A model generated the notes under the pieces. That model ran no database searches and had not been told where the DNA came from. It worked only from the letters and a program-made list of their open reading frames with translations. From Gnetum montanum (lineage: Eukaryota > Plantae > Gnetophyta), in contig MNCI01002706.1 in NCBI GenBank assembly GCA_015680685.1, forward strand, positions 118,712-182,711: a DNA stretch of 64,000 nt, in the 5' to 3' direction. Within the stretch, counting starts at the first letter, position 1. Every line of letters starts with the position of its first letter. Position numbers and translations under genes: made by a program. This document shows positions 37,926-53,712 of the stretch, in pieces.

Positions 37926-40900
37926 TAAGAATATGCTAAAGTTTAATGTTTTGTCAAGTTATATAATCTTCTATTCATTTTTCAGAAAGATAAGCAAAAA
38001 ATTGTTAGTCTTATTAGTTTCATCAAGCATATGGAGTCTATTTCTACAACTTTTGATTTTCATAGACATGTTTTTGTTGAAATCAACCTTCTTAATCATA
38101 AAAAGGAATTGGCATTACAAGTAGGAGGAAAGACTTACATTAAGCTAATTACATATTATAATCTTTCTAATTCTTGCAACTTTTGTCATTGTGAAGGATA
38201 TTTGTTTAATGCTTATCTTTTCTTCCTAAAGAAAAGAAAAAATGTGATTAGGTTAGCATTTTTTAATAAAAACAATATGAAATTGAAGATATAAAAAAAT
38301 CAAGTTAATTTCAATGATAAAAATGATTAAATGGCAATAAAAATCCAAATAAGATATAGGTTTCTATGTGTATTTTTGTTAGTACTATAGAATGGATTAA
38401 GTAATCTAGATAGACAGTGTAAGAAAACATGCCTTGTTGGTAAATTGAAAGTTGTTTTCCTCTAAAATGAGGGCTGAAGGAATGTAGATATTCTCACAAG
38501 TTTCATACCATCACAACTATCACCATAGAACTACATGGCCTTGATTCATTTACAAACTTCATCATAAGAATATGTAAGCTTGTTGGGGAGGCTTTGCCTC
38601 CTTGGCTCGGCCCCTCACACTACTCTTTGAAGTAGAATTTAGGGCTAGATGCATTAGAGTATTGATGAGCATTAATGTGTCACGTCGATGGGCCCCCATT
38701 GATGAGGCCTTGTCGATGGGGCCCCATTTACATGGTGTTGCCCTGTCAATGTAGGATGCAGCCCTAGAGAAAAAACTATAAATATGAGCTCCCAACCGTG
38801 TTTATAGGCATATTAGATTCATAGTAGTAGCAGTGCTCTTATAGTTTGTCTATTTGAAAGTTAGAATATTTTTCCCGAGTGTCTGCAGCAGGAGTCATTA
38901 AGTGTACAGATATTTATTCAAGCACTGTTGTACCTGAACCACACTAGTGTGTACAACAATAAAGATGAGCTTCTTGATAAACCTTGTAGCATTCTAGATA
39001 GCTTAAATGTTTTATTTATGCATTCATTGTTTTTATTAAATATTCAATTAATTAAGCTAAATTATACTTTAATTAATTAAGGTAAACAGATTAAGTACAT
39101 AAGTACAATTGCTTTGAGCGTAAACACGTATTCACTTGGTAATCCTAGCAGCGTTATTGCTTGGTGCACCCAATAACGTAGCACTTGGTAACCTAGCAGA
39201 GGATACATGGGTTCAGGATATGTACGGAAAGTGGGACTAGATACTTATGTTAGGATTAGTTAAAGATTAGTTAGTTAGTTAAATTAAATTAGTCATTCAA
39301 TTACTTCATCTCTTTTTTTAACCACCAAAACCATAAAACACAAAACGATAAAAATCATATGCCTTGATTGCACTTAACCATACTATTAGGCTTCACAAGT
39401 GTAATCAAGAAGACAACGAATGTCCTATAGGGCAAGATTCACTTCCTAGGAGATTACTGCATCGAAAACTAGAGAGTCCAAAAAATTTGATCAAATCACA
39501 CATGAGCACTCTATGGTTCGTATGGTTAGACATAAGGGTACCCTTCATAGCTCATCATTGGTGTCATTGTCGGGGACTCTGTTTGTTGAAACGTGCGCTA
39601 TCTAGGTTTAGTGGATATTATTAATATTATTGGACGAACCCCAAGGTCAACATCATTTCCAAATAACATAACTACAAGAGCACATTGATATTTTATTGTT
39701 TGCAAAATGTCTTCTTCTCATAGGCAAAATGATATAAAATCATCGGTCCCAAAAGAGTGCAAAGTGATATATACTCATCCAGATGAGTATGTGTCAAAGT
39801 TCACCTTCATCCTACATCAAGATGAACAACTATGATGATGTGATATGAAGGGCAATATTGTAATGCCCCCTGATCGATCTATGCCTATGATGCTACTTCA
39901 AACTCTTAAGAAGTTAGGCATTCATGATCTTCAAGAAGAATATGTTATGCAAGATTATGACTACCGAGACTACCATCCCACTGAAACACAACATAGGTGA
40001 GATTGACATCATGAGAGGCATCATGAGGATGCTAAGGGGAAATAGTTCACTAATCCCTTGTTCCTATTGAACCAAGATGACAATGAGAACCTTGCCTCTA
40101 AGGGCTCTCAACATGAACATTCTCTACCCTTTGTTACTGGTGATGAGGGTGTGACCATGAATTTGTAGTCTGCAATCCACACTTTAGGTTCAAGGAAATA
40201 TGGCAGTTAAAGAAAGGGATTAAACAGGCATCAAAATGATAGGAAACTTGATGAACATGGCCATGATAACCAAGGGGGAATTAGTAGATTTCATGATTGA
40301 GGTAGTCCTCCTTCCTCTTCCCTCTCTTCATCTACATTTGCTTCTTCTTCCTCTTCTGATTCTGAAAGACATTACAGAAGGAACAACCACGATGGAGGTG
40401 AGCATCGAGTCAATAATACTAATCACCATGCCCATAATAATCAAAGGGGTAACCAAGGACATCATTGATGATAACGAAATCATGATGATGATGAGCCTTT
40501 ATTAGCAACTCAAAATATGCTTAACATTGTAGAGGTAGTTAAGATCCCAACTAGGCATGTGAAGGATAGTCGGATCAAGCACTTAGACATAAACAATATC
40601 CCAAGATTTGAGGGGGTATATAACTCTAATTTGTAGACACATCTACAAGCTTTACATGATGCCTGTGCCTTACAGAACATTGAAAATGGTTGGCAAAAAC
40701 TCAAGCTATTTCCCAGGACACTCATTAAAGAAGTTGAAAGCTGGTACTGGTACTTAGAGCTGGAATCTATCTGCCAATGGAGTATAATGCTTGAGCTATT
40801 CAATGACAAATACCAGATGTACTCCAAAGTGTCTAATTTGAGAAGGCAAATCCAAGGTTGGAAACATGGAACACATGAACCCTTAGATGCCACCATGGAT

Positions 40901-43833
40901 AGATACTATTCTCTTTTACATCGATGCCCTAGCCATGGTTATTCTCAAAGGGAGCAACTCTGCCACATCATAGATGGGCTCAGAGCAGAATCTATAAGAA
41001 CTCTTGGGGTTTATGCCCAAGGGAGATTGTTTGAACTAAGAGCTCATTAGATACAAAGGCTTATAGAATAGGTTGTAAAAGAAGAAGATGAGTTTTGAAA
41101 AAGGGAAAGTGTGAAAGAATATAATAGGAACCCTTCCATCAAAAAAAGAGAGATATGATTTTGTGACAAGGAGGAGTCACCACTTGATGAAGTGGTGAAT
41201 AGGAAAACCTTACCCATCCAAAAATTTGTTTATGATATTTCAGCAAAGGTTGACAAATTATGGGACTCTTTGGATGAGAAATTCCAAACCATTATGAAGA
41301 TTGTTGAGGAATCCAAAGAGAAAAATAGTGATTGTAATCGCAAGAGGTAGAAAGAAGCTGAACCTGCCTACAAGAGAGGTAAGGGCAAAGCTGTTGTAGT
41401 AGAAGAAGTTGTGGAGACAAACTCTGATGATGATGTTGGTTATGACATTTGTTAGCATGAACATCTTAAAGGATGTTGCCCTATGGTGTCACACTTACAA
41501 GAGTCTAGGATGTACGTGTTGAATCCTTGACTAGCATAGAGGCAAGCACCCAGATGATTGCCTTATCCTCAAGGTAATCCAAGACAATTCCACCACCAAC
41601 AACAAGCTTACAACCCAAGTGGAGCTCCACCTCAACCATATGAATAATATTGACAATGGCACCAACCACAATCATGGGGAATCCATTGCCAAGATAGCAA
41701 TACCCTTATAGGAAACTAGATCCATATGGGTACTATGTTTAGCAAACCATCTCTCCAAGGAGTTTTGCCAACCATGCCTCATTTCAAAATAACTATTACC
41801 CTCTAGAGTATCATTGAATTCATTCACCATCTACTTGAGGAGAGAATCTATATCCATACCATCCTCTGCATTCATTTGCACACATCCCTCTACCCTCAAC
41901 CCAATTACCTCCTATTCCATTCATGCAGGGTGAAATTCCTCCACAATTGCAACAACAAAATACCACGAGGGTTGTACATTCATAACTAGTTTTCCAGCTA
42001 AGTGGTTTGGACAATTAATCTAGGAAACATCCATTTTTCCAATCCAATAGTCCTTCCAAACCCTCACAACCTAATCCAGCTAGTCACCTTGTATCTCCAA
42101 CATCCTCATCCTTTGCATCAAATACATTCAAGTACCCTTCAAACCAAGTGCCACCTCAAATCTGCACTGTAATGCTAACTCATGTTGTTTCCAACTGGAT
42201 TAAGGCTGGCAATCTTCCCATGAAAAGATCTGACCTAGGAAGTACTCTTATTTACTTGCAGATTGCTAGACATGAGCCATGCAAGGCTCTTCTTGATTCT
42301 GGTTTCGATGTCAATCTCATCTTCCATGACATGTACAAGGCTTGGAACCTACCGCCTCTCAAGCAAAGCAACATTTGTTTAGAATTGGTAGATCAATCAC
42401 TCAATGTCCCTTTGGGGTTAGTGGAGGACATTGTGACCATAGTTTGCAGGTGGTCCTATGTTGCTAATTTTCTAGTGATTAAGTTGAAAAATTGCAAAGG
42501 TGACTTCCCCATCATTATGGTAAGGGCTTGGTTAAGCATAATAGATGCATGTATGGGCATAAGGGACCTTTCCTTGGAAATATCCAAGGAAAATGAATTT
42601 AAAAATTTAGAGAAGAAGCATGTTCCATGCATTGTGTATAGTGATAATGGGTGCAATTGTGTGCAAAATATCTAGTCCATCAATAGTACATTCATTACAA
42701 CATGCAATTAGTATGCATAAGAAACAGATATTCAAAGATGTTTATATGTAGCAGCCATAAAGTAGGAGGACACCCAGTGGCTAACAGCTAACTTTGACAG
42801 TAGTACATTATGCATGGAACCTACTAAGCCCCTACCATGCATCTATGTCAAAAGTATGGATGAACTTGAGTAGGCTCATCACCAACTCTTTGACAATCAA
42901 GAAAATGCTAATACCTATTGGAGAGAGTTGGAAATCCTTGATAATTTTAAGTAGAAGCCCATAGAGTTAAAAACTCTACCAACCAACATGGAATACGCAT
43001 TTTAAAAAAATGGTAAGGTAATTATAATCAATGCAAATCTTGCTCTAGAACAAAATAATAAGTTGTTGCAGGTCATCAACAAGTGGTCAACATCCTTTGC
43101 TTGGTCATATCTTGAACTAATAAGAATTGATCCAAGGATATGCCATCATCATATTTACACCGACTCAGCCATGAAGCCAAGAAGGCAGCTGTAGCAACAA
43201 CTGAATCCCAAACTAAAGAAAATCATGAAGAAAAAAATAGAACAACTCCTCAAGGCCGGGTTCATTTATCCCATTACAGATAATGAGTGGGTTAGCCCAC
43301 TCGTAATTGTGCCAAAAAAGTGGCAAGTGGCAAGTCTACATTGACTTTAGGCTGTTGAATATGGAAACATTTAAAGATCATTTCCCATTGCCATTTGTGG
43401 ATCAACTATTGGACATCATATCTGGGCATTGCTATTATAGCTTCTTGGATGGTTATAGTGGCTATAACCAAATTCAAATTGCACCAGAAGGTCACGTGAA
43501 GATAATATTCACAAGTCCCTGGGTGACTTTTGCATATTGTAAGATGCCATTTGATATGTGCAATGCTCCTACAACATTTCAACACCTAGTCCTTAGTATT
43601 TTTCAATAGCAAATTGGTAGTGGGATAGAAGTCTTTATGGATGACTTGTCTACCTATGGGGCTACATTTGAGCAAGCCCTAGATCGCCTTGAGCAAGTAT
43701 TGAAAAGATGTGTTGAAACAAACCTTAGGCTCAATTGGGAGAAAAGCCATTTAATGGTCTAGGAAGGCATAGTATTGGGGCACCACATTTCACAAGAAGG
43801 GATTGAGGTAGACATGGAAAAGATAAGGGTCAT

Positions 43834-46800
43834 TGATGAGTGGCAAGGTATTCCTACGCCCAACCATACGAATATGAGCATTCATGCATGATCCAGTTGA
43901 GCGCCAAGGATTAAGTGCTTATGCACCTACATAGAATAAGGATGAGTTATGCAGTTGTTGTCTTCCCAAGCTTACTTGTAATGCACAATTGTATGGTTAA
44001 GTAAACTCTAGGTATATGATTTTTATGTTTTTTTATATTTTCTATCTTGGTCTCCTAAGTGTGTGAAATGGAAAGATTTAGTTAACTATTAGGTTTTTGT
44101 AACTCTAATGTGAATCAAATCCTAACACCAACATTCGGTCCCACTCCCCAGACACATCCTAAACTAGTGTAACACCACTGGGATTACCAAATGCTAGTCG
44201 TTACTAGGTTACCAAATGTTCCNAGGATTACCAAATGCTAGTCGTTACTAGGTTACCAAATGTTCCACATATGCTCGAAGTGGTCGTGCTGAGTGTGCTA
44301 ATTTATTGACGATTAATAATTCTATAGAAATAACATTGATTAACTAATGAAAACATCAAATAATAGTAAATAACATTAAATGCTATAATTAAGCTATTCT
44401 GAATGTTACAAGGTTTATCACGAAGTTCGTATTTTTTTTGGACACAAGGTATGCTCAGGTACACAATGCTTGAATATAGATCCATTCACTTTATGACTCC
44501 TACTGCAGGCACTTAGAAATAATTCTAACTCTGGAAAAGAAAAAAACAACAAGAGTTTAGCTAAAGGACTGAAAAACTAATGTCCTCACAATAGAATGAA
44601 AACTTGTCCTCAAGTTCTTTACAAAATATTGGGAAGGTATGGGATTATTGACTTAATGATAATTGATGGTGACATGGAATGACAGACTCAAAGTGCCTGG
44701 TGAACATATCAACAAACATATTACAACATTGGTGTTCATAACCATTGTGGTGAGCACTGTACATAGATGACATCTAGATCCTCATTTGATAGCTTGAAGA
44801 GAGAGAGAGAGAGAAAAAAAAAGAAAAGAAAAGAAAATGAGATACATTGTTGTCAATGTCAAAGATGTGCACACCGTTATTTGTCCATGGCCACATGACT
44901 AAGCTTGTTCCTTGTGTAAATGCTCTTACTCTAGTTCATCTTGAGTGCTCCCTCCTATCCCAGTCCATTGTTCATGTGATCACCATCTACACACACAACA
45001 TAATCATGAATTAGCAAGGATAGATAACATATAATGCAGTTGATACCTTGCCTCAATGTGAATCACATTAGCTAGGTTGTGGGTATGGCATATACTGGGT
45101 TAGAGGTTTGTAATTGATAACAACCCAAGGTGTAGGGGTGAGATAAAAATTTGCGACAAGCCCCCACGACTAAGAGTGAACCTCTGGTAGCAATAGGATG
45201 GAAAATGAAAGAAAAAGAAAGATAAGAGAAATAACAACGGTGAAGCCAATAAATAGAAAATGGATGTCATGGATGGGGTGAAACAAGAAATAGTTAATTG
45301 CAAGAAATGTTTAAGGGAAAAGAACTTAACAATTGCACCAAAAAGGAATGCCAGTGGGTCCTCCCCAAAGTAGGCTCATGCCCTTTATGCCTTGACAAAC
45401 CCACAAACCAAAGAGTCTATAGGCTCTAGGAATGACATATAGAGATAATAGTTAAGAATTTACCAAAGAATAACAATGCACTAACCAAGATATAGACTAA
45501 TCATAAAACTGGCAATGAGGTAGAATACGATGAGCAATATGGAAAGAGAAGAGAGAATGGAATGGAATCCCAAAATCAAGGTTATGTAAAGTCCCTTGTA
45601 TATTATGTGGTTAAGGTGACTTAATAAAATTAAGCTAAATTCAGATTAAAACTAACCACACCTAGTGACCTTGCATCAACACACTTGACCAACCCATCCT
45701 CTTGAAGCAACAAGAATGCTTCCATAGAGCAACTACCATTCCAAAAAAGAGAAGAATAGAGATGTAGGAAGTGAGAAAGGGCCTTAGTTAGAGGAAACCT
45801 TCAAGCATGGGTAGCATGTCTTTCCAATGCCATAACTAGTGCTTGTAGTCCATGTTCCTTTATTATGTCTAAGGGGTATGCTTTGAATTCCCACTAGTTG
45901 TTATTTTTTTTATGGGAACCACACCATGCAAAGACTTATTTGATTCATTCAACTTCTTGATATTACTCAATAGCAGAAGGGTGGAAAACCTATGAAAAAC
46001 ATCCAAGTACCCAAGAGAATAGCCAGTACAAATGCATCAAATCCCTTTGAAGTCACACCCTTTTTAACCCATTTGAATATTTCCTTGGTTTGAAGAATAT
46101 CAAGCCACAAATTCATTAATAGGTTTGATTATAAAAAGGGACAGTACAGTTCCAAAACAAAGGAAGACCATAGAGTTGAATGGATGACGTGGACTCATTG
46201 CCTGTTTTATCAAAAGAAACCATATCTTAGTATTAACATTAAAAGTCAAAGGTAAAAACCAAACATTAGCAATCAACACTATTATAGTACAACCCACCAT
46301 CAGAAGCACTTATTAGGTGATGAGTGAGAATAAATCAAACAAAAGTTAATAAAGAAAGAAACAGTAAAAATGTTAATGATGGTGTAAAACAAAAACAAGT
46401 AGAGATGAAAAATGTATAAAATAAAAATGTGTAAAACAAAAAAGATAAAAGAAATTCAGGGCTTAGAAAAACTAGCATTGGTGGCCATCTCCCCCATGAC
46501 TAAGTTGGGAGGAGGAGATCTGAAATAATGAGTAGGACTGTCCATTAATAGAGGTAGTGTTAGTACTGGCCATTTTGGGCTCATGGAAAGGTTTGGTTTG
46601 CTGTATGTTGACCAATAACTTCTTATTGGGGCTTCTAGGTTTATAGATCATCATGGCCCTTGAAGGAAAAGTTTCATGAATGATATAAGGTCCTTCCCAC
46701 AGTGTTTGAAATTTAGTTTGTTGTGGCACATGTGTAGGATTCCAATAAAGAACCCTATCTCTTAGTTGGTATTTGACTTTTCTAATCCTTAGGTCATGAC

Positions 46801-49800
46801 ATTGTTTGTTGAAGGCCTTGTGTAGTTCATTGGATGACAAGGCAGTTAATTGATTTTCATCTAGCAAGTTAAGATTCAATAATTATTTTTTCTATGCTAG
46901 ACTGAGGTTAAGGTTAAGGTCACATGCTGTAGACAGTGTATGAAGCTCAGCTTGGATAGGAAGTGTTGGAAGTTTACCGTACACCAACTTATAGGGAGAA
47001 TAGCCTATAGGGAGTTTCCATGTGGAGTAGTAGGCCCAAAGAGCATTGTTTAGTTTGGTGCTCCAATTTCACCTATATTTGCTAATAGTTCATGTCAATA
47101 TTTTTGTGATTTCCCTATTGGTGACTTCGGCTTGACCATTCGCTTGAGGATGATATGGTGTAGTCAGTTTATGATCAACTCCTAAGTGTTGCATCAACTT
47201 CCAAAAAGTCACACTTGTAAAATGTGTACCATTATCAGAAATAAGTGCATGAGGCATGCCAAACCTATTTATGATTTGTTCTTGAACAAATCATGTAGTG
47301 GTAGATGATTTACAATCAGTAACGGTGGCTGCTTCTACTCATTTTGCAAAATAATCAACAGCAACAACAATGTATGCTTTTCCATTGGACATTAGTGTAA
47401 TAGGCCTCATAAAATCAATACCCCATATGTCGAAGGGTTTTAAGGGTTGAATCCATTATTGTGGACCCTCCATTCTAGCATTCATTCCCCCATCATATTG
47501 GCAGTGCTCACAAGATTGGACAAAATGATGGATGTCCCAAAATAATGTAGGCCAATAATATCCTACAAGCAAGATTTTAATGGTTGTTTGTCTCCTAGCG
47601 TAATGACCCCCACAAGGGTCCTCATGAGCATCTTGGAGAACTTGCAATTGATCTGCGTCGGGAACACACCATCAGATCAAGCCATTAGAACAAACCTTGT
47701 AAAGGTGTTCGTTGATTTCCATGAAATGTTTGACTCAGTGGAGAAATTATTATTTCTTTCTAATGTCCAGCCCTTGTAGTGTTTCTTGCATGAGAAGATA
47801 AGTAAGAATGCTACTATACTAGTTTGTATCTGTGGGTGATTGATTATTTATTACACCTACAAAGAGAAGTTCATAAAGGAAGTGATCGAAAGTTGGGTAT
47901 TCATCCTCTTTGTTGTCCCATCGCAACCAGGATAAATGATTAACAACAACATTCTAAGTGCCTTTATAGTTTACTATCATGAGATCGAACTCTTGCAAGA
48001 TCACAAGCCATCGTATGATGTGAGGGCTCACCGTTGGTTTATTCATAAGGAACTGAATCGCACTATGATTTATGTGTAAAAATACCTTATAGCCTAATAC
48101 ATAGTACCTGAATTTCTCTAGTGCAAACACCATGACCATTAACCCTTTTTCTATTGTGGTATAGTTGAGTTGTGCACCAGCAATGCTTCGACTTGCATAG
48201 TGAATGTAATAGGGATGTTTTTGGTCATCTAACTATGTAAGTATGGCTTCTAAAGAAAAATTGGCTATGTTAGTCATTATATGGAATGGTCTGGACCAGT
48301 TAGGAGCTTGTAGAATGAGTGTTTCTATGAGCTTTTGCTTCAAGGTTTAGAAAGCTAACTCACATTCCTTAGTCCAATCAAAGGGTACATCCTTTTTCAT
48401 TAATTCTACCAATGGTTTTGCAATCTTCAAAAAGTTCTCAATGAAACATCTATAATAGCCAGTATGTCCAAGGAATGATTGGATATCTTTTAGAGTTTCA
48501 AGTTGATGAGTGATTCCTTAAATAACTTTAATTTTTTTAGGATCTATCTCTATCCTTGTTTGTGAAATTTTATGCCCTAATACAATGCCCTCATGGACCA
48601 TTAAGTGGCTTTTCTACCAATTGAGCCTTAGGTTGGTTTCAACACACCGTTTCATCACTTGCTCTAATCGGTCCAATGCGTGTTCAAAGTTTGCTTCGTA
48701 GGTGGAGAAATTTTCCATAAAAACCTTCACACCATTCCCTATTTGTTGCTGAAATATACTGAGAACCAAAGTTTGAAATGTTGTTGGAGCATTGCACAAG
48801 CCAAATGGCATCTACCTATATGCAAATGTTCCCCAAGGACTTGTGAATGTAGTTTTGGGTTGGTCTTTTAGTACTATTTGGAGTTGATTGTACCCACTGT
48901 AACCATCCAAAAAACTATAATAACAATGCCCTACTATGGTATCTAAGACTTGGTCAATGAATGGCAATGGGAAATGATCTTTAAATGTTGCCATGTTTAA
49001 TAGCATAAAGTCTATACACACCCTCCATTTACCACCTTTTTTATGCACAACGATTAATGGACTAACCCATGCACTGTCAGCAATGGGGTAGATGAACTTG
49101 GCCTTCAAAAGTTATTCAATTTCTTCCTTAACTACTTGCTTAAGCATAAAGTCTATAATCATCTTTGTAGTTGTTGTCGAGGCTTCATAGAGGGGTCAGT
49201 GTAAATTCTATGTTGACATATCCTAGGATCTATTCTAGTTAATTTAGAATATGACCAAGTAAAGGATTTTGACCATTTGTTTACCATTTTTAGTAGTATT
49301 TCTTTTTGTTGAGGAGCAAGCTTAACATTAATGATTATTGATTTTCCATTCTTGAGAAATGCATACTCCATATCAGTGGGCAATAATTTTAATTCAAGGG
49401 GCTCTTGCTTGAACTCATTAGGGATTTCCAACTTCCCCCAGTTGATATCTTCAGTGTTAGTACTTGGAAGTTGGTGATGGACTTGCTTTAATACATCTAT
49501 ACTATCGATATAGACATAAGTTAAGCTCTTAGTTGGTTCCATGCATAAAGTTGAATTGCCCTCTAGGTCAGCTATTAGCCACTGGGTGCCTTCCTGTCTT
49601 ATGGTTGCTACATATAGGCATCTTTGTATGTTAGATACTTGTGCACACTGGTTGCATGCAAGCAATGTTGAGTGTTGTATAAACCAAGACTTATACACGC
49701 AATTACACCCTGTGTCATTATATGTGATGCATGGAACTTTTTTCTCTCGATCTTTCCAAAAGTATCTTCTTTTGATATCTCTAGGGAAAGATCACGTATT

Positions 49801-52800
49801 TCTAGGCATGCGTCAATCGTACTTAGCCATGCTCTTCCCATTATGATTGGGAAGTCTCCCTTATAGTTGTTAACTTGGATCACTCGGAAATCAATTGGAT
49901 ATGACCACCCATAAACAATGGTGACAATGTCCTCCACTAGTCCCAATGGAACAATGATGGACTGGTTAGCCAACTCTAGATGAATGTTACTCTTCTTTAG
50001 TGGAGGCAAGTTCCAGGCTTTATACATTTCTTGGAAGATCAAATTAACACTAGAACCTAAATCCAAAAGAGCTTTACAAGGCTTGTTTCTAGCAATTTGC
50101 AAATAGATAAGAGGACTTCCAAGATCAAAGAATTTCCTAGGAAGATGGCCAACTTTAATCCAATTAGTGATGGCATGAGTTAACATAACAATGTGTTTTG
50201 AGTGTGATTTTTTGTTTAAAGGAAGCTCTGAAGATTCAAATGATGATGAGGTATTTGGATAATTAACTGCTTGTGGTTGTAAGGACTTGGTTGGATTGTT
50301 GGTTCTAAAGAAAGATCTCCTCTTTGATCGGTTGTCCGAACTAATAGTAGGTTGAAGATTGACAACCCTTGTAGCATTACATTGCTACGGCTGGGTAGGA
50401 AGCTCGCCTTGCATAGTTGGAGCAAGTGGTAATGGAGCTGAGGGTGGAAGAGATGCAGACATATGAGAAGGGTAGTATGTATGTGGAGCATCACCCCTAG
50501 AAGAAGAAGTTCTATAGTACTTAGGGGTCTGGTAGTAAGGTTGAAGCGCATCATGACTAGTAGAGTCACATGGAGAGATTAGCTACTGAACATAATACTC
50601 ATATGGGTTAGGTTAACGATAAGGGTACTGTTGGCATTGTAGTGTCATTCCACATGATTGTGGGTGTTGCCACTATTGATACTATTCATTCAGTTGTGGT
50701 GAAGCTCCACTTAGATAATATGTCAAGGGTTGGTGAAACTGCCTTGGATTACCTTGAGGATAAGGTAACCTTCTGGTTGTTTGTCATTTGTTTAAACATG
50801 GGTTTAGTGCATACACCCTAGACTCTTAAAAATGTGAAACTACTAGGCAACATCCCTTAGGATGGTTATATTGGCAAATCTTACATCCACCATTATTATC
50901 TATGTCCAAATCCACAACCTCCTCAATGAAAACAAACTTATCCTTACCCTTGTTACGTGCATGCTCAGCTTCTTTTTTTTTTTCCTTTTCTCTTGATCAC
51001 TACTTTGTTCTCTCCTCTGCTATTTTTAGGACAATTTGAAATTTATCATCTAGAGAGTTCCACATTTGATCCACCTTTGTTGATATTTTTGATTCAAAAT
51101 TTTGAATGGGCAAAGTCTTTCTATTCACCATCTCTTCAAGTGGTGACTCTTCTTCATCATCGCAAAGTCTAACTTCCTTCTTTTAAAGGAAAGGATCTCT
51201 GTTGTACTCCTTTGCACTTTCTCTTTTCCTCAACTCACCTTCCTCCTTGGCAACTTGCTTTGAAAATATTTGTATTTGATGAGCTTTAAGTTTGGGTAGC
51301 CTTCCTTGGGTATAAGTCCCAAGGGTTCTTCGTGTTTCATACCTAAGCCCATCCATGAGATGGTGTAGTTGTTCCTTTTGCAAGTAACCATGGCTAGGGC
51401 AAGGATGTAACACTGAATAGTATTGACCAATGGTAGCATCCAAGGGTTTGTGTCCTCCTTGTTTCCATCCTTGGATTTGCTTATGTAGTTTGAACACTTA
51501 AGAGTACATTTGATACTTATTGTTGAATAGATCTAACATGGTACTCCATCGAAGAATGGATTTTGGTTCTAAGGACTGGTACTAGCTTTTTGCTTTCTTG
51601 ATCAGTGTCCATGGGAACAACTTTAGCTTTTGCCACTTGTTTTCTATATTTTGCAAGGCACATGCATCATGGAATGCTTGTAAATAGTTTTGAGGATCAG
51701 CATTGTATCCCCCTTCAAATCATGGGATGTTATTCATGTCTAGTCTTTTGATCATACTATCTTTTTGGTGCCTTGTTGGAATCCTAACAGCCTCTGCTAT
51801 ATTTAACATACTTTAGGTGGCGAGTAGGGGTTCATTGCGATCATGCTGCCTATGGTGTCTATGATGCCTATGTTGTTCCCTACTCTCCCTTCTTTCATGA
51901 TGTGTCTCTTTGGAATGCCCTCATCCCCTTTCTTTATTATTTTTTCAGTGATTTCTATTTTTCCTACCATTGTCCTCATGGTCTTTCCCTCTGTGATTGC
52001 ATTCAAATCTTGAAGGAGAGGAGGAAGAAGATGATGAAGGTGAAGAGGAAGGAGGATTGGCACCATGTTGGTGCCTACCACCTTCTCTTTGGTGGTCACG
52101 ACCTCAATCATGGTTACAATTGCGATGTCCATCATTATCATGCATTCGTGTTTCTTTTCTAAACTCTTTGTGTCCATTGGTAGAACCTAGGTTATGAATA
52201 GATGAGTAAAGATTATAATACCCAACTCCTTGACCAAAGTCAAGGAGAGGAACATCATTTTGTGGAAAACCTCCCAAGATAGGTTCACCACAATCGTTTT
52301 TACTTAGGACATATGGAACATCCTGAGACCACTTCCCGTTCATGGATTTGTAATGTCTCTCCTATTGTAGATCCCTCTGGTGTTGTGCCTCTATGGGTTG
52401 ATAATCTCTCAAATCTTGTTCATGTACAATGTACTCTGGCTGTAAGTGCTGCATACCAATTCATGTGAGAGCATGAAGAAGCATGCACGGGATTCAGTAA
52501 TTGGAAGGTAACACTATGTTACATTCCAAATCACATCATCATAGCTGTTCATCCTAGTGGAGGATAAAGGTAAAGTCTAGTACATACTCATTAGGATGAG
52601 CGTATACCATGCAAAACTGTTGGGGCACTAGCAGATCGCCTTGTGCACCCTGCCTCTGATTGTTCATGGTATCAGACCTAGTTGGTGAAACACTCTCATA
52701 AGAAAAAGGAGACATGATTGATTACTCAGTGTGCGGTACTTTTTTCTGGTGATTGTAGGATAGTTACCCTTAAGGGTCCATTCCAATGATGGAAGGATTT

Positions 52801-53712
52801 CCTAAGTTCTAATCAATGCACAAACAAAAAAATCCCCAGCAACGACGCCAATGATGAGCGGCAAGGTATCTCTATGCCCAACCATATGAATACGAGTGTT
52901 CACACATGATCTAGTTGAACTCCAAGGATTAAGTGCTTATGCACCTACACAAAATAAGGATGAGTTATGCAGCCGTTGTCTTCTCAAGCTTACTTATAAG
53001 GCACAATTGTATGGTTAAGTAAACTCAAGGTATATGATTTTTATGTTCTTTTATATTTTCTATATTGGTCTCCTAAGTTTGTGAAATGGAAAGATTTAGT
53101 TAACTATTTGGTTTTTGTAACTCTAATGTGAATCAAATCCTAACACTAGCATCCATTCCCACTCCCTAGACACATCCTGAACTAGTGTAACACTACTAGG
53201 ATTACCAAACGCTAGTCATTACTAGGTTACCAAGTGTTCCACGTATGCTCAAAGTGGTCGTGCTGAGTGTGCTAATTCATTGATAATTAATAATTCTATA
53301 GAAAAAACATTGATTAACTAATGAAAACATCAAATAATAGTAAATAACATTAAATGCTATAATTAAGCTATTCTGAATGTTGCAAGGTTTATCACAAAGT
53401 TCATCTTTATTTCTGGACACAAGGTGTGCTCAGGTACACAATGCTCGAATAAAGATCCATTCACTTTATGAATCATACTGCGGGCACTCAGAAATAATTC
53501 TAACTCTGGAAGAAAAAACACTACAAGAGTTTGGCTAAAGAATTGAAAAACTAATGCCAAAACCAAGCACCCCTATCTCTTATTTATAGACAATGAGATA
53601 GGTTTCAACATCGCGTGTTCGATGTCACTTGGCTGATCCAACATTGTGTATTCGATATCAAGGGTCCGATATTGTGGATCTGATATTGGGTCACTTATTT
53701 GATGACTTATTA
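43834..53712 (-). mobile_element. Nested Athila-like Ty3/gypsy element (element B), antisense within the RT of element A
   Basis: 5' LTR 53712-52852; PBS TGGCGTCGTTGCTGGGGA (52850-52833); gag-PR-RT-RH-INT on minus; truncated 3' LTR about 44583-43834; TSD GTCAT. The host reads continuously across the insertion (KIRVI|..VKDV*SFLGYTGYY). Confidence 0.95.

Noticed and set aside
44181-44266. 42-bp tandem repeat in the element B LTR
   Set aside because: Centred on a single N and absent from the partner LTR; an unmerged contig overlap.
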